DNA of 63,642 nt, the filler included, from Phoronis australis (taxonomy: Eukaryota > Animalia > Phoronida): the NCBI GenBank assembly GCA_002633005.1. It is 5 parts of 5 records of this genome, joined end to end, with 100 filler letters (N's around TTAATTAATTAA, not from the genome) between each part and the next. Parts side by side here need not be neighbours in the genome. Positions count along the whole stretch, not along the records: positions 20,621 to 47,048 come from NMRA01000021.1; positions 47,149 to 57,948 come from NMRA01000652.1; 3 more parts are not named here. One strand, 5' to 3'. Under the pieces are notes generated by a model. It searched no databases. It was not told the origin of the DNA and saw only the letters and a list, made by a program, of their open reading frames with translations. Below are positions 39,648 to 52,830 of the stretch, piece after piece. A program made the translations under genes and the position numbers. The first letter of the stretch is position 1; each line of letters begins with the position of its first letter.

Positions 39648-42600
39648 ACTATGGTTTACGTGGATGACTGTGTAAGCCTATTTTGCATTTGATGACCCCA
39701 GCATTAAAGTCATAAGTTCGAGGCTGAACTCTGAATTTCGTACTTTACTCGAAATCTCGAGTTTTTACTCGAGATTGTAGCTTGAATCTAGGGTCATCTA
39801 GTGCGAATCTGAACTACACAGTGGTTTGCGTTACACATAATATACTCAAGCACAGAACAATAGACAACTGTCTTAAATTCGTACGCTATATGCCATGCAA
39901 GTACATTTTCGAGTTCGATTTCTATTAAAAAAAATTGGACATGGGGCCCTGATTGCAATTGTGTGCATAAAAACGCTCCAACACAGATGCAATACACTTT
40001 GGAGTACTAAAAACGTGCATTTCTTTTAAATTATAAAATATCACCAATCACAAAGAAATTGATTACAAGACAACACGGCGATTCGTTTGGAAAACTTGTT
40101 GGTTACCTGTGTACTCACTTATTGAAGGTTTTAGTAAATGAAGCGGAACGTGTATTTGTTAAAATCCTTTGTAGTGCTGCGGCCAAGGCCTATTTCTAAA
40201 TGAAAAACAAATTACACTCTGTCGAATTTTACCTTTCTCATTTCTTATTGATATTATGGATGCTTGGTTAATGTGATAGTTAGGCAAAATAACATGATTG
40301 TTCTTGGCATGCACCCGACTCGTTTTGAGGCTTGCGGCACACAGCTTAAAGAAATAAAAGTAAACTCCTGAGAACCATTTAACAGAATGACTTGGCAATC
40401 ACCTCTTTTCCGATTAAAAATACTGCATCGCTGCATCAATTACTAAAAAAAAAAAACACCAGAATTGATTAATAACGACTATTTTGGCCTTAACGTCCAG
40501 AGTTATTGTCGAACCGCAGGCATACTTTCGGTGAACTAAAACGGAGGTTAAAATATTACGGACAGCTTCTAAAATTCGTACTATGAAAAGTCTCGAGTGT
40601 GTTTCGGTTGTATTGAAATGCGAAATTTAATGAACTGCAAGCAGCACGCTTTGGGTAAACTTATATATTTGAACTCGAATCATACGCCGGGATTAATAAG
40701 CAGGGTCAAAACAAACTTCTTCACAGACGTGAAGAAAGGTTGGAACACTGAACTCAGGTACCACATAAATATATTATTTTCGTTGGAAAGATGTTTCCAA
40801 CGTTTCAAAAAGCCTTCTTCTGTTTTTTTAATAAACTTGATCAAGTTAACCAGATTTTTACTTTCTTATTTTACATGTTTCTGTTTATTACTATGACACA
40901 ACTATAACTAAATGTAGAAATGTGGAAATAAGCATCATAGACTGAGCGTGTTAAGTTTTGACAACCAGCGCCTCAAAGTAACATTCAAACTCAGACGCCA
41001 ATTTAGATTTCTATTTTCTGAAATTCCCTTACCAGAGAGCGCAAACGCATAATTCAACTTTTGAACATCAGTACTAAAACAACCCATTGTGGAATTAAAG
41101 TTTGCGAAATCATGCGAAGACACGCTTTCCATTCATAATTAAGAGCCAGTGTATTTCACGTATGTGTTGATCGCACTTGTCATAAATTATGAAATAGAAT
41201 TCATGCGTGACAATCACAGAAGACGGAAGATGTCATTAACCATCATCACCGGTTTTGTTTCATTATAGATGTCCAGCAACAAGAAATCGAATAAAATTAT
41301 GCAAGTTAATTTTGGTTGCGTGGAAGTGTCACCTTGTGCTAGTTAATTAATACAAAAAACTGTCGCACAAGTGTTGTTTATGTAAATATGTTATCAATGA
41401 TTTACTGTCGTCGACTTTAGTGCGAAACCGAATATTCAACCGAATTTTCTAAGTAACTAATGAATTGTTTTTTCCAGGATAATTTTTTTCAGTCAAATGA
41501 CGTGACTGCTCTGCAATGAATTTGGCTACGGAACAGCACTGACAAAACTGGATTCGTGTTTAGAAAAATTAAGGGAATGTTATTTAGTTATTTCCAGCTC
41601 CGTAACTTAGGAAACTTGTAAGTGGCATTTTTTTTGCAAATTATCAGTTTCTTAAAACGGACATTTAACAATTAGGAAGAATTTTTTTTTATTTTTTCAA
41701 AAAAGATTTTCATGGACAGGCAGAAAAACCGACAGAATACACTGAGATTGAAATATTCTAGACAACTTTTTACTTCAAGAAGTCAACTAAACTAGTTTAA
41801 TTCATTTTTGACTTACTAGAGCTCCAAAAATCGTTTTTCGGTGAAACAAATGTTACAGTTTTAGAGTGCGGCAACAAATGTGCCATGAACATGACTTTGA
41901 TTTTGCCCATAACGAAGAATGTCAAATGTCACTTTCGTTGTGAAATTGTAGTTAGTGTACTGGCTGTGAAGACGAGTTGCCAAGCAAGACAACAGGGATA
42001 GAGACAAATCAGTAGGACAAAGAGGACAAAGTATCCCGTTTAGATAAAAATTAGGACCACGTTGAAAAAAAACAAGAAAAGTAGGAACACTTGAAAACTT
42101 GAAAACCTGAAAAAGGAAGAAAAGCCGATATTCTCTGTCACAGCGTCATCTGCCATATATATTAAAATTTGTAGCACAGAAAACGCGTGTAAAAGGCCTT
42201 CGGAACCGACGACGTACCTACAGATGGATGGACAAGCGAGCACAGTTTTCTGGTTTAATACTGATCAGATATACTCGAACCGTAGTACATATAGTAAAGT
42301 ACCCCTTCCATGAAAACTGACTTAGCTAAGATAAATCTAAATTTCAGTCAAATTTTAAGATAAAACTTAAATTTGTCCCAAACCGTTTCAAGAAGGAGAT
42401 CTTAAGTTCATTGATTCCGAAATAATTGAAATTATTTACCTGCAGCCCCTGTCCACACACGCTATCCCGGCATACAATTTTAGAAATTCTATTACTCTCG
42501 ACACTAGACTGCCATTATAGCGCTGAAAACGGACTTCATTGGGTTCGGGGCACACAATGGTATTTTTGTTGAATTGAAATAATTAAACTTTGAGACATTC

Positions 42601-43771
42601 ATTGCAAGTAAAGTGTGTATTTTGAAAACTGCGACGATCCCATTTGATCCTGCTAATATGGTTGAACACTGCCTACTTTTGCAGCCGTACATTGACTAAA
42701 GATACCTTTTCACGTGGTACCTTCCATTCATAAGGCCCCTATGGCTGAGCAAACGTTTTGAAATCATGAAATCTGAAAAGTATTATTTTCCTTATACTAG
42801 CCCTGAGTTTACCTTCAGGAATTCGTGTAGTGAGTGACAATATGAGCGAGTTGGACGTTACAATCGAGACCGAGGACACGCACCAAGCGCCATCTATAAA
42901 TACGGCAACAAACTAATTGAATTTGACGCATCATCAGAAGTTGCCCAGGTCTTCACGGATTCTTTAAACTAAGAGACGAAATGTCCATTCTAATGAAGCA
43001 TTTTCATCAACTCCCCAAAAACTTAGGGGGAAACTCATATTTCGCAAATGCAGAAACTATTCCAGAACAATATTATTAAAGGCTACTATTTAAAACTGCA
43101 TTTGGACGGTATTTAGCTACCAAAAATGAAAAATTATAAATAAGCCATTTCATCTCACAAAATAAGTCTCACTACATTCCTTAGCGTGATAGGACTTGAT
43201 CCAATTCCTTTACCAACAACAAAAGAGACTCAAGAAAACACTTCATTTTTCATAAGAATTGGCTGATTCGTATATTGGAAATTCAAAAATGGCTACCCAT
43301 TGCTTATGACTTGACAGTTTAGTCAGCAACATTTCAAGATGGGATAAGTGTGATGCAATTTTAAGCATCAAATCGCTTCAGTTAAGAATTCAATTTTGAC
43401 GGCTAAACACTGGAGAAGTACCTCTTTAATTGTTGTCCTTGGCGCAGGGGACTTACTAAGTAAAACTTCAGTTAAGGCATAACAAAGACCTAGGAAAATT
43501 GAGACTGAATTGGTTAGCAAAATCAAACATAGGACATGCTTTTAAGCTTCCTTTGAAAGTTGATGTTAAATTAGGACTATGCATGTATACAGGTGTCAAC
43601 TGATCAAGATTTGAATTTGTTACTTCTCAGTAAAGTTTTCTTAATTGTGAAATAGTGACTCCTCTCATGTGAAAAATGCACATGTCGTTCTCTTGACCAT
43701 CTGTGATAGTCACTCAAGAATAACTAGTGGAACTTCAGTCAAGATTGTTTATTTGAAGGTGGAGCTGAGCT

Positions 43772-43816
43772 CAATACAATACAATACAATACAATACAAT
43801 ACAATACAATACAATA
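43772..43816. repeat. (CAATA)n microsatellite
   Basis: About 9 units, directly visible. Confidence 0.95.
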
Positions 43817-46039
43817 ATGCAATCAGTAGCTGAACAATACAAGAGGTGGCAGCACATGTTACCTCATAATAAATACTGACATCAACCGTTGTGGCTAAGA
43901 TGAAGACAAGGCATGGATATGCATTTGTCATATGAGCCTTTCTTTATAAACAAGAAAATTCGGGACTCTAAATTTGACCTCATTTAACAATTTGCCAGCA
44001 ACACAGTACCAGCTCCTAACTTTACCAAATGAACACCACCTGGTGGAGGATTGATCCTGATGCTGAACGCAGACCTTTTACCAGCCCGTGTGACCTTAAG
44101 GTAGATTAGAAATTTCTGTACAATGGTAGGAAAGAAACTTCATTATCCCTAGACTACACAAACACAACATTCTAGGTTTTAAACACTTCCTCTGTTCAAG
44201 CGTTTGAACATTGATAATCTTCACTGACTTAGTTATCCAATAATCCTCATAGCTGATTTTAATAAAGACTCAACTGTGCGGATCATGTTGATCCACTGAC
44301 AGGGAGGATTCTCAGATCAGTCTACAATCAAGGCACTGTTCCCAAATCCAGTGAGGATATCAGAGCGTACTGTACAAATAAATAGCAAGAGATGCTGGAC
44401 TAGTCCAATGCCGCAACAAGCTCACTTCACTTTCGGTAACTGTTTAGTTGATTTCTTTAGATGGTGGTAGTTCGGTAAAATTTTGGTTAAAAACTCCAGC
44501 TGTAGTGTCTGAGGCTGAAAAAGGAAGACGTTCATTTGAAGGCAACAGTTACAGTGACAGTGGCACATGTGATATGATCAATTATCATCAGTTATTCCAT
44601 ACATTTTCTATAACCGGTGACAAATTATAATAAAATGAAGAATATAACATCGTATCTTCCCTCAATCAACACTCTTATGAAATGGACTGGTTATATTTCA
44701 GTTTTGTATTAAACACTGTACAAGCAATTTTAACATCACTACTGGTGCAAAAATAGTTAACCTCACAACAAATAACTCTTTTACACGATGGCAAAACAAT
44801 GTTTAGTGTCCCGCCCATAATTGACACCCATTTGCAGGATGAAAAAGGAACTTTAACAAAGTTATATCGCTTGAACCATGGACAAGCTGTAAGTGGTCAT
44901 TCAACGTGTATTCACAGCTCTCATATATTACCATGTAGAGTATGGCTCATACACCAAGGCTGTGTTCTATAGATGCAACAACCCCATGAAAAACTAAAAC
45001 TATGTCACACAAGACCATGCAAAATTATGCGGGTGAAAGGCGACTGTTTCAAGAGCATGACCAGGACCGTACTAACATACCCAAGCAAAATGGCGGCCTC
45101 TGAAGAGATAGACCTCTTTCTTGATTGCCGCCACCTTGATTTGAGAAAAGGTTTCTGGGAAAAATGTTGATGTTTGCAGGAGATTCACAACAACACGAGG
45201 CTTGTAGGCTTAGTACTGAGTATGAGTGCGATAAGCAGAGCAACCAAAAGAACAGTTATGCTCAAATCAGGTTATAGGTTTTGATTGTCACTTGCAGACA
45301 TAGTAGCGTGAAAATTATATCAAGATCATCAAATTTCAGTAAATAAATAAGATAAATAAATGTAGCGTGGTAGAAAATGCACTACGCCGCAACCCAAAGA
45401 TCGTTTAATAAATGAGCGTAAGAGATTATAGTGAAATTGTCTGAGTTTATTTTCTTATTCATTTTCCAAGCAATGTCAGCCAATCTTTGTCTTAATGTTA
45501 CTTAGTTTTCCATTTTAATTCAAATCAACACCTGGTTGGAACCATCCAAATTTGTGCTCTGAGCGAGTGCTTTTTTTCTGAAAGAAATTTCTCGAACACA
45601 AGTTACTTTTTGAATGCTAGGCATAACTGAACGCCATATTCAAGAAATTAGAATAACATTCCACTAATGGAGAAAATATATTTTGTCACCCCACAGCAAC
45701 TGTCATGAACAATGGCATCTTTGTAATCAACATAACATTTTCATCGTCACAAATGCAAAAGTTATAATTTAATCAAAAAGTTCAACTTCTTGGGTAAAAA
45801 TGTAGGATTGAGCTTACAGTCGGACTTCATCAGCAGATTTTTCTCAAATGTCACAAAACACTTTCTAAAATCCGGCTCATGTAAATTTCTAGTTTTGAAC
45901 AGGCGCCCCTTCAGCGAAGGTCTTGTAGTGGTGCCATTTGTGTAAATTTACAATAGATTTTAACGTAAGCCTATGATTTCCAACTGCAAAGCAAATTTAA
46001 GGGTGTAATCTGGCCGTAAACTAATGAGGAAGCATGTAC

Positions 46040-46144
46040 ACATGAGTGCACACGCACTGTAGGCCAGGCGTACTGAGCGAGCATTCACACGAATACATGA
46101 GTGTACACGCACTGTAGGCCAGGCGTACTGAGCGAGCATTCACA
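46040..46144. repeat. 55-bp tandem duplication
   Basis: catgagtg(c/t)acacgcactgtaggccaggcgtactgagcgagcattcaca occurs twice. Confidence 0.85.
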
Positions 46145-46487
46145 AAAATATTCACTGCATTCTGCGAGCCAAAAAGAAACATTTTCAGCCCAAGAACATT
46201 GCATAAATTTAGCTTATTCAATAACCTGTCGTCTGCTAATACGCTATTCCCACATTCCGTAATACTACCCATACAGCTTTGGGTGACCGGTGGCGATACC
46301 ATAGTGAATGATTTCTGAACTGCTATACTCAACAATGGTATAGAATTCACCATTTCCGTTCCATAAGTGAATATTTCTTGCCGCAAGGGAGTGCCATTGC
46401 CATACATCTATTGACACAGCCATATTTTATTTTCTACAGCAACCAAGTTCATACTCATGAACACTTATTGAGGTAGTCTTAGCAGCT

Positions 46488-46781
46488 AGCAAATACCCTG
46501 TACATCTAACATCTTCACTAGTATATTATAGCAAATACCCTGTACATCTAACATCTTCACTAGTATATTATACCAAATACCCTGTACATCTAACATCTTT
46601 ACTAGTATATTATTATATAGCAAATACCCTGTACATCTAACATCTTCACTAGTATATTATACCAAATACCCTGTACATCTAACATCTTCACTAGTATATT
46701 ATACCAAATACCCTGTACATCTAACATCTTCACTAGTATATTATAGCAAATACCCTGTACATCTAACAACTTCACTAGTAT
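46488..46781. repeat. 42-bp minisatellite, ~7 copies
   Basis: Unit a(g/c)caaataccctgtacatctaacatcttcactagtatattat. Confidence 0.95.
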
Positions 46782-47002
46782 CATGCTATGAACATTCCCA
46801 CTAAATAAAATTGGTTCTAACCCCAGTGTTTAAGGTAAACGGTGGGGTATGGAAAATTGAACTAGACCGTATTTATCCACCTTGGCTGAGACGCGCTCGG
46901 CTCATGCTCAAAGGGATGCCGCCAAGCTGCTCTATTCATCGAGTCACGAGCGAGGATAATTGACTTCGCTCATGCGGATATGATCAGCTGATTACAGTCT
47001 AG
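46782..47002 (+). repeat. ~220-bp dispersed repeat; second copy inverted at 58062-58282
   Basis: catgctatgaacattcccactaaataaaattgg...gatcagctgattaca.tctag is highly similar in both copies. Confidence 0.85.
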
Positions 47003-47048
47003 CCTAACAACTGTACTTTTTATGGAGAGAATTTTACGTAGTTTTTAC

Positions 47049-47148
47049 NNNNNNNNNNNNNNNNNNNNNNNNNNNNNNNNNNNNNNNNNNNNTTAATTAA
47101 TTAANNNNNNNNNNNNNNNNNNNNNNNNNNNNNNNNNNNNNNNNNNNN
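47049..47148. other. Artificial assembly linker
   Basis: N44-TTAATTAATTAA-N44. Confidence 0.95.
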
Positions 47149-47442
47149 TTATGCAGTGGATAAAATTATAATTATTTAGCTCAAAAGCGTACAACGAGGT
47201 TGTTTTGTGTTAGATTTATTAAATGTTGACCTTTCAACTGTTTATAAGTCACATACCGCAGCCGGGAGCCTGGTGATGAGTAAAACTCAAAAGCGCCGCG
47301 TATTACAAAGCGAAGTGTCCTTTGTTGCTCACAAAAGATTTCGGTGGATTAATCGGCACAAGACCTGCATATGCATACGTATATAGCCCCATTGTATGAT
47401 CTGTGTAGGCCTAACGGTAATAAATCTTAGCCTGTTAGTTGT

Positions 47443-47585
47443 TGCGGTTTTAGTCCCCGGCGGTCCTGTTTTGTGGTGGGGCGGTCATGTTTTTGGGTGC
47501 GTCAGTCCCATTTTCTGGTGCGGCGGTCCCATTTGATCCCCGGAGGTCCTGTTTAGAGGACCGGCGGTCATGTTGTTTCTCACCC
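47443..47585. repeat. Degenerate ~21-bp tandem array (ggcggtcc/atgtttt...), likely transposon subterminal repeats
   Basis: About six units with a conserved ggcggtc core. Confidence 0.55.
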
Positions 47586-48970
47586 GTGATTTATGGGACA
47601 ATTTTTCTAAGACCCACTTCTGAAATCGGTTACAATGGCCGAGGGCGCCAGCCTTCGGCGAAATTGAACTCGAAAATAAGTGCGAGCAGCAAGAGATAAC
47701 TAGTTCTTCCTCAGGTGCGAGCTATCGAGAAAAGACCTGGCCGACCACGTTAATTAACATTTAATTGGACTCATACCAGAAAGACTCTTTGGCCTGAAAA
47801 AATACCCGTAAATTCGCCTGGTCAACTAGACCACGGCCGACATCTACTCATCGACTGTCACCCCGGATTTCAAGTTTATAATGTTGCGCAATTATTTCTA
47901 GTGGCAAAAACGAACAATATGTTGATTTCTATTTAAGTCCATTTAGAAAATGCGTGAAAAATGCTATCCGAAACCGTTTTCCGCACGTCTTTCATGGCCA
48001 AATGTAAGAGAGTATACACATTGGTGTACTACATCCCCAAGAATAGACAACGCAACCGCCTCTACTTAGCAGCTGCGACGTCAAGCTCCTACAGAGTCTT
48101 CATACGGGTGCTTTTTCCGGTGAATTATGCCGGCTTCGTTCAATCTCCCAAATCGGCAAGTGGCCATTTGTACACTGAGCGTGCCAGGGGATATGACGTT
48201 ATATCTTCTACTACTTGTCATCGCAGAAAATCCACAGCATTGTTAATATTCTGCAAAGTGAGTCTAATTTATTTCCTAAACAGGCACTATTGCTGAAATT
48301 TGACGTACCCTCGCGATGAGTCAGGGCTGACTTCAGTAGCCAAGCGTTGGCTACGGGAGATGCGACGTACTTCACAAACAGATTAAATATGTTATCAAGA
48401 AGCATTGTTTTTAAAAAAATTGTACGTATGGTGCATATAGGGAATAATTAAGGCGACCTGCTCTGATTTATTTCCGAAACTTTTCTATTTCAGAGACGTT
48501 TATTTTGTGACTCAGATTGCCGGCAGTGTCTCTTTTAACTCACCAAGAAAGTCGGGCAGGGGGTGACTCTCTTTCTCCCTCTCCCCTCGATATCTCCACC
48601 TCCCCCGCCCCCTCCCCTCATNNNNNNNNNNNNNNNNNNNNNNNNNNNNNNNNNNNNNNNNNNNNNNNNNNNNNNNNNNNNNNNNNNNNNNNNNNNNNNN
48701 NNNNNNNNNNNNNNNNNNNNNNNNNNNNNNNNNNNNNNNNNNNNNNNNNNNNNNNNNNNNNNNNNNNNNNNNNNNNNNNNNNNNNNNNNNNNNNNNNNNN
48801 NNNNNNNNNNNNNNNNNNNNNNNNNNNNNNNNNNNNNNNNNNNNNNNNNNNNNNNNNNNNNNNNNNNNNNNNNNNNNNNNNNNNNNNNNNNNNNNNNNNN
48901 NNNNNNNNNNNNAAAATCATGGCAATGTTTAAGGAAGCGACAAATGTAGTTACATGAGATAGTTCATTGT

Positions 48971-50941
48971 TCACTCAATGAAGCACGGCTTTGTATGATC
49001 TTCCTTCAAGACAACTCTTCGGTCACAGTCAACTGTAATTACCTCGCACATCGGGGGCAGCGACGGGTAGTGAATTGGAAACGTTGCCGTTCCAAAACTA
49101 TAAAAATAGACACAGAAAACCTGGAAATTTCGTTGATCAGGAGATACATGGATTCTGCCGCAAAAGGCACTGATGATGGTAACTATGATCGCAAAGCGTG
49201 GTCTACACTGGCAAATGCTTGCAAACTCGACCAGAGTATACGATAGGCTGTGGATGCCGACCGATTTACTTTTTGATTGGTAAAATAAAGTGTGCTAAAT
49301 ATTATTCATGGAAGCACTTACTTGCGAATAATAGAATGAACACTACCAAAACTGCAGTTATCTTCTTTTTATTTTTGTCCTAAATCATTCGAATTATAGG
49401 TCACCTGACCAAAAAGTGTTTAACATTGGTCACAAGAAAACATAACTGTCCACGCACGAGTTTTAACACGTGGTCGGGTACAGTGGCGGATCTAGGATAC
49501 CATAAGGGGGGGGGCAACATGTTGTCTCGGGGAAGTGGGCCAAGCGCGATTGTACATGCAGCGCAGGCCCAAAAGATGCCGGAAAAAGTTAAAAAACGCC
49601 GCGATCTGGGGTCTGAGCCAAGGGGGGGGGGGACTTCCCCTCTAAATCCTCCTATGGGGTATATTGCACTGGTAATAAGATTGAATTTAGCTGTCACGAA
49701 TAGAGGACCAAAGAATATCAAAAAAGACATTTATTTACAGGTAAGTTTAAACTTGTTCGCCTTTTTGCTGGACCCACTAGTTGTGGCTGTACAAATGAAA
49801 CACGCCAACAAATCAGTTACATTTCTCATCCTTCTCAGAAACTTGAATCACAAATGAAACAATGTTTGAAATCTTAATTTTAAGACCATGAGCTGAAGGG
49901 TCAGCGTGTGCAACGTTTTGAATAAATAGCCTCATTTTGGTCCATAATTACCATGTGGAGGTGCTTTTTCAATCCTGATATAGGATAAGCAAATTTGACC
50001 TCATTAACCATAATTTACATGCATAAGTGGGGCCTTAGTAGGCCTTAATTAGCAAAGATAACATGTAAACGTAGCTCTGAATTTTGTGATAGAATCGGAC
50101 GTTTTTTCCTGATTAGTGAGTGAAGAAAGCTCACAAAATAGCGACAATAATGCCTCGTGACCGCAACGGTTGCGTCAAAGGAAGGCTTACAAATTAAGGA
50201 GACTTTGTGCCCCAAGCTACAACTAGTGTGCGTTAGTACCTGCAACAGGAGAAATATCTCTCGCGACACTGGCATTTCTCACATTTGTAGTAGAACGTCT
50301 TATCCTCACCAGCAGCCAAAGTGGTGTTGTGAACCTTGCAGACGTTCTTACTGTCAACTGAAAATGGCCGCAAATAAACCTTTATAAAACCAAGCCTACA
50401 TGATAGCACGACAGATGTGTTTTCGAGCTTCTTAAACTTGCCCAGAGCATTCTTCATATTTTATATTTAAACGCTGCAAATGCATTTCTAAAAACTGTGA
50501 AGTCTTTGAAATGAATTAATTGTAAGCACACACGTCACCATGTCACTCTCTGATTGTGATTTATTTGAAAGTAATACAACCATACAACATCTTACAATTG
50601 ACTGAGTACCATATACTACACTTCACTTTAATACAAGTTAACATACTTGCCACTTCGTCTATTAAATCCGTAAATATGCAAAGTAACGTTTGATTGTAAA
50701 AATGTTACGATTTGAAAATGGCAAATTAGAGGAGAGTTTCATTGGCTTGAACTTACCATGCAACACCAATTTTGTAATATTTGTTTATAAATAGATTGGT
50801 TGACAGAACAAATTAAAGAACCGGAGTTTTAGCACGGTGAACTCGTTGTATCTTACCGCTCTTCATGCCCATGTAACAATAAGTGTCAGCGTTCCTCGCC
50901 AGCAGTACAACGGCAGCGAGAACGACAAGCAAGCGTTCCAT
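48971..50941 (-). CDS. Beta-microseminoprotein (PSP94/MSMB)-like secreted protein, 109 aa; exons 50857-50941, 50240-50357, 48971-49097
   Basis: Spliced product MERLLVVLAAVVLLARNADTYCYMGMKS|VDSKNVCKVHNTTLAAGEDKTFYYKCEKCQCRERYFSCC|SFGTATFPIHYPSLPPMCEVITVDCDRRVVLKEDHTKPCFIE*. Signal peptide, 10 Cys in the PSP94 pattern (C, C, CxxCxC, CC, C, C, C), GT-AG introns of phase 1 and 2, 330 nt total. Confidence 0.88.
49481..49656. mobile_element. CAGTGGCGGAT-family MITE with 5-bp TSD GGGTA, in intron of the PSP94-like gene
   Basis: gggta|cagtggcggatctag ... ctaaatcctcctatg|gggta. Confidence 0.75.
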
Positions 50942-52404
50942 GATATCTTGTCTTGGTCAGTTCAATAAAGATAGAGAACCGACACTATCTTCTGTATCTT
51001 AAATACCAACAGAACTCACGGTAGGAACTAACAGGTGTGATTATTCGACGTGCTTGGTATTCTAAAACCATGTTTTCGGAATATATTACAAGCAACCGTC
51101 ACATATTTGCTCTTCATTATTTACACCCAGTGACCAGCTTGAGAATTTCGTCACGTGCTTTTCTATGGTGACATGTCACTGACTGATCTACTATTAAGTA
51201 TGGAGGGGCATCGCTATTTTCGAAGGAAAATGTCTTAAAAACGACATGTTTGGTGCCGCTGTGTTCCGTAGGGGAACCTGGCTCAACACGTAAATTTGCC
51301 CATGCAAGAGAATGAAAAGGATTGGACGAAACTCTACAAATGGGGAAACATTACTCATCAGGAACCTAGAAGGTACCTAGGATTTTCTTCTTCAGGGTTA
51401 TAATTGTAATCATGTTTGATAGCACTGTTGAATAATATCACTTTATTCCTTCATTTCTCACAAAAATCTTCATGAAAGGGGTCAACGCGCACCAAACATG
51501 CAAAACTTTGCCTTTCTAAATCACACATAAAGTAACCGTAGACACCAAAGTTAAAGTGTCTCTTAATGACGTCACTGTGACGTGATTACGTGCAATGTTA
51601 CATGTGCGTTGGGAAAAAAATGTTTGTCAGAATGGATGTCGGCATCTATAGAAGCCTCTTACGGGAAACTGATATAGCTTTATGATTCTGCTGTTTTATG
51701 ATATAAGAGATATTGTCGGTTATGCATCCATAGGCTTTACGAGTATCTATGGTGCATCTAAATACAGGAAGTTAGCATGAGCGTCACAACTAAAATATTT
51801 TGAGTCGGCAAAGGCCTGGGGGTAGTGATGAAAAATGTTGAGCTTTACCACACGGGATTTATGTATTCACCTGAAGCTTATTGATCCAACAATGAGTGAA
51901 TTTAAATAAAAGAGTACCCGGGCCTCTATAAAGCGCCATATTGCGTCCAGGCTACTGGTTTTGATTCGTCTCCTCAAATTAAAGTGTTGGAAGAGTTCAC
52001 CTGCTTTAACTATTCTTCAGAGACGTAAGCCATTATCGTGTGCAGATGTTACGCAATAGTGTAGGGGATATCACTCACAGGTCTGCCTGCTCAAACGCCA
52101 CACATTCAACGAGAAAATCACTGTACTGCCGTTAAATAGGCGTAGCTATGAACTGTTGTCATACTGGCGCGTGCAGTCAAAGCCTTATTAGGACAAAGAA
52201 AATAGTGGATGAGAGATCATAAGGGCTGTTAGACAATTTTATATTACCATATCTTACCAAACTCATTGTTTGATCTCACGATCACTGACATTTGTGAAGT
52301 GGATGAAAGAGAGAACTGACTTGTCTAACTTAAGTTTCATGATAGGAAATGGACGCGATTGGAATGATACATAAACTTGTGCGTTTATTGTTTCATTGGT
52401 TTGT

Positions 52405-52830
52405 GTTTTTTATAATACATTTAATCACAACTCTCGCACGTTTTAGATGTTCAAATCATAAACTAAAAGTCGAAACTGGTTGGCACTTGGGTATGGCTAA
52501 AAATCAGCGTTTCTGCTCTGTTTGTTCTAACACTGCTGAGGATGAAAAATACGTTTTATTAGATTGTCCAGTATACGAAGATCTTAGGAGAAAGTTTGGT
52601 ATTTGTCGTGATACCAGGAAGGGATAACCATGGTTTTCTCTTCCTGGTAATATTAATAACTTCAATGACGATCTCTTCGTTAAGTGAAGTCTTGCAACCT
52701 TTGCAACTCGTTTCATTCACAAAGTTTTTATTGCGCATAGTTATGTTAACCACCTTGTTAATTACAGGTTTGTATTTGTTGCTTTCAAATTTGAATATGG
52801 CCGGAGGTTAAGAACTGAAATAAATTGACT
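52405..52830 (+). mobile_element. 3' fragment of a non-LTR retrotransposon ORF2 (C-terminal Cys motif, RTE-X-like)
   Basis: TLARFRCSNHKLKVETG...RFCSVCSNTAEDEKYVLLDCPVYEDLR matches the LINE C-terminal R.S.H.L.IE.G...C..C...EDE.H....CP.Y..LR motif; AATAAA near 3' end. Clade assignment tentative. Confidence 0.8.

Noticed and set aside
42440-42870. Several minus-strand splice-like signals
   Set aside because: Implied introns are very short or frames give no recognisable protein; could not build a coherent model.
48517-48974. ORFs spanning the 291-nt N gap
   Set aside because: Mostly X residues; artefact of the gap.
49030-49050. gag|gtaatt donor inside PSP94-like exon 3
   Set aside because: Reading through gives the expected last two cysteines and stop, so it is not used as a donor in this model.
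50225-50260. tttctcctgttgcag|gtacta as a recursive splice site
   Set aside because: Better explained as the coding end (FSCC) and donor of PSP94-like exon 2.
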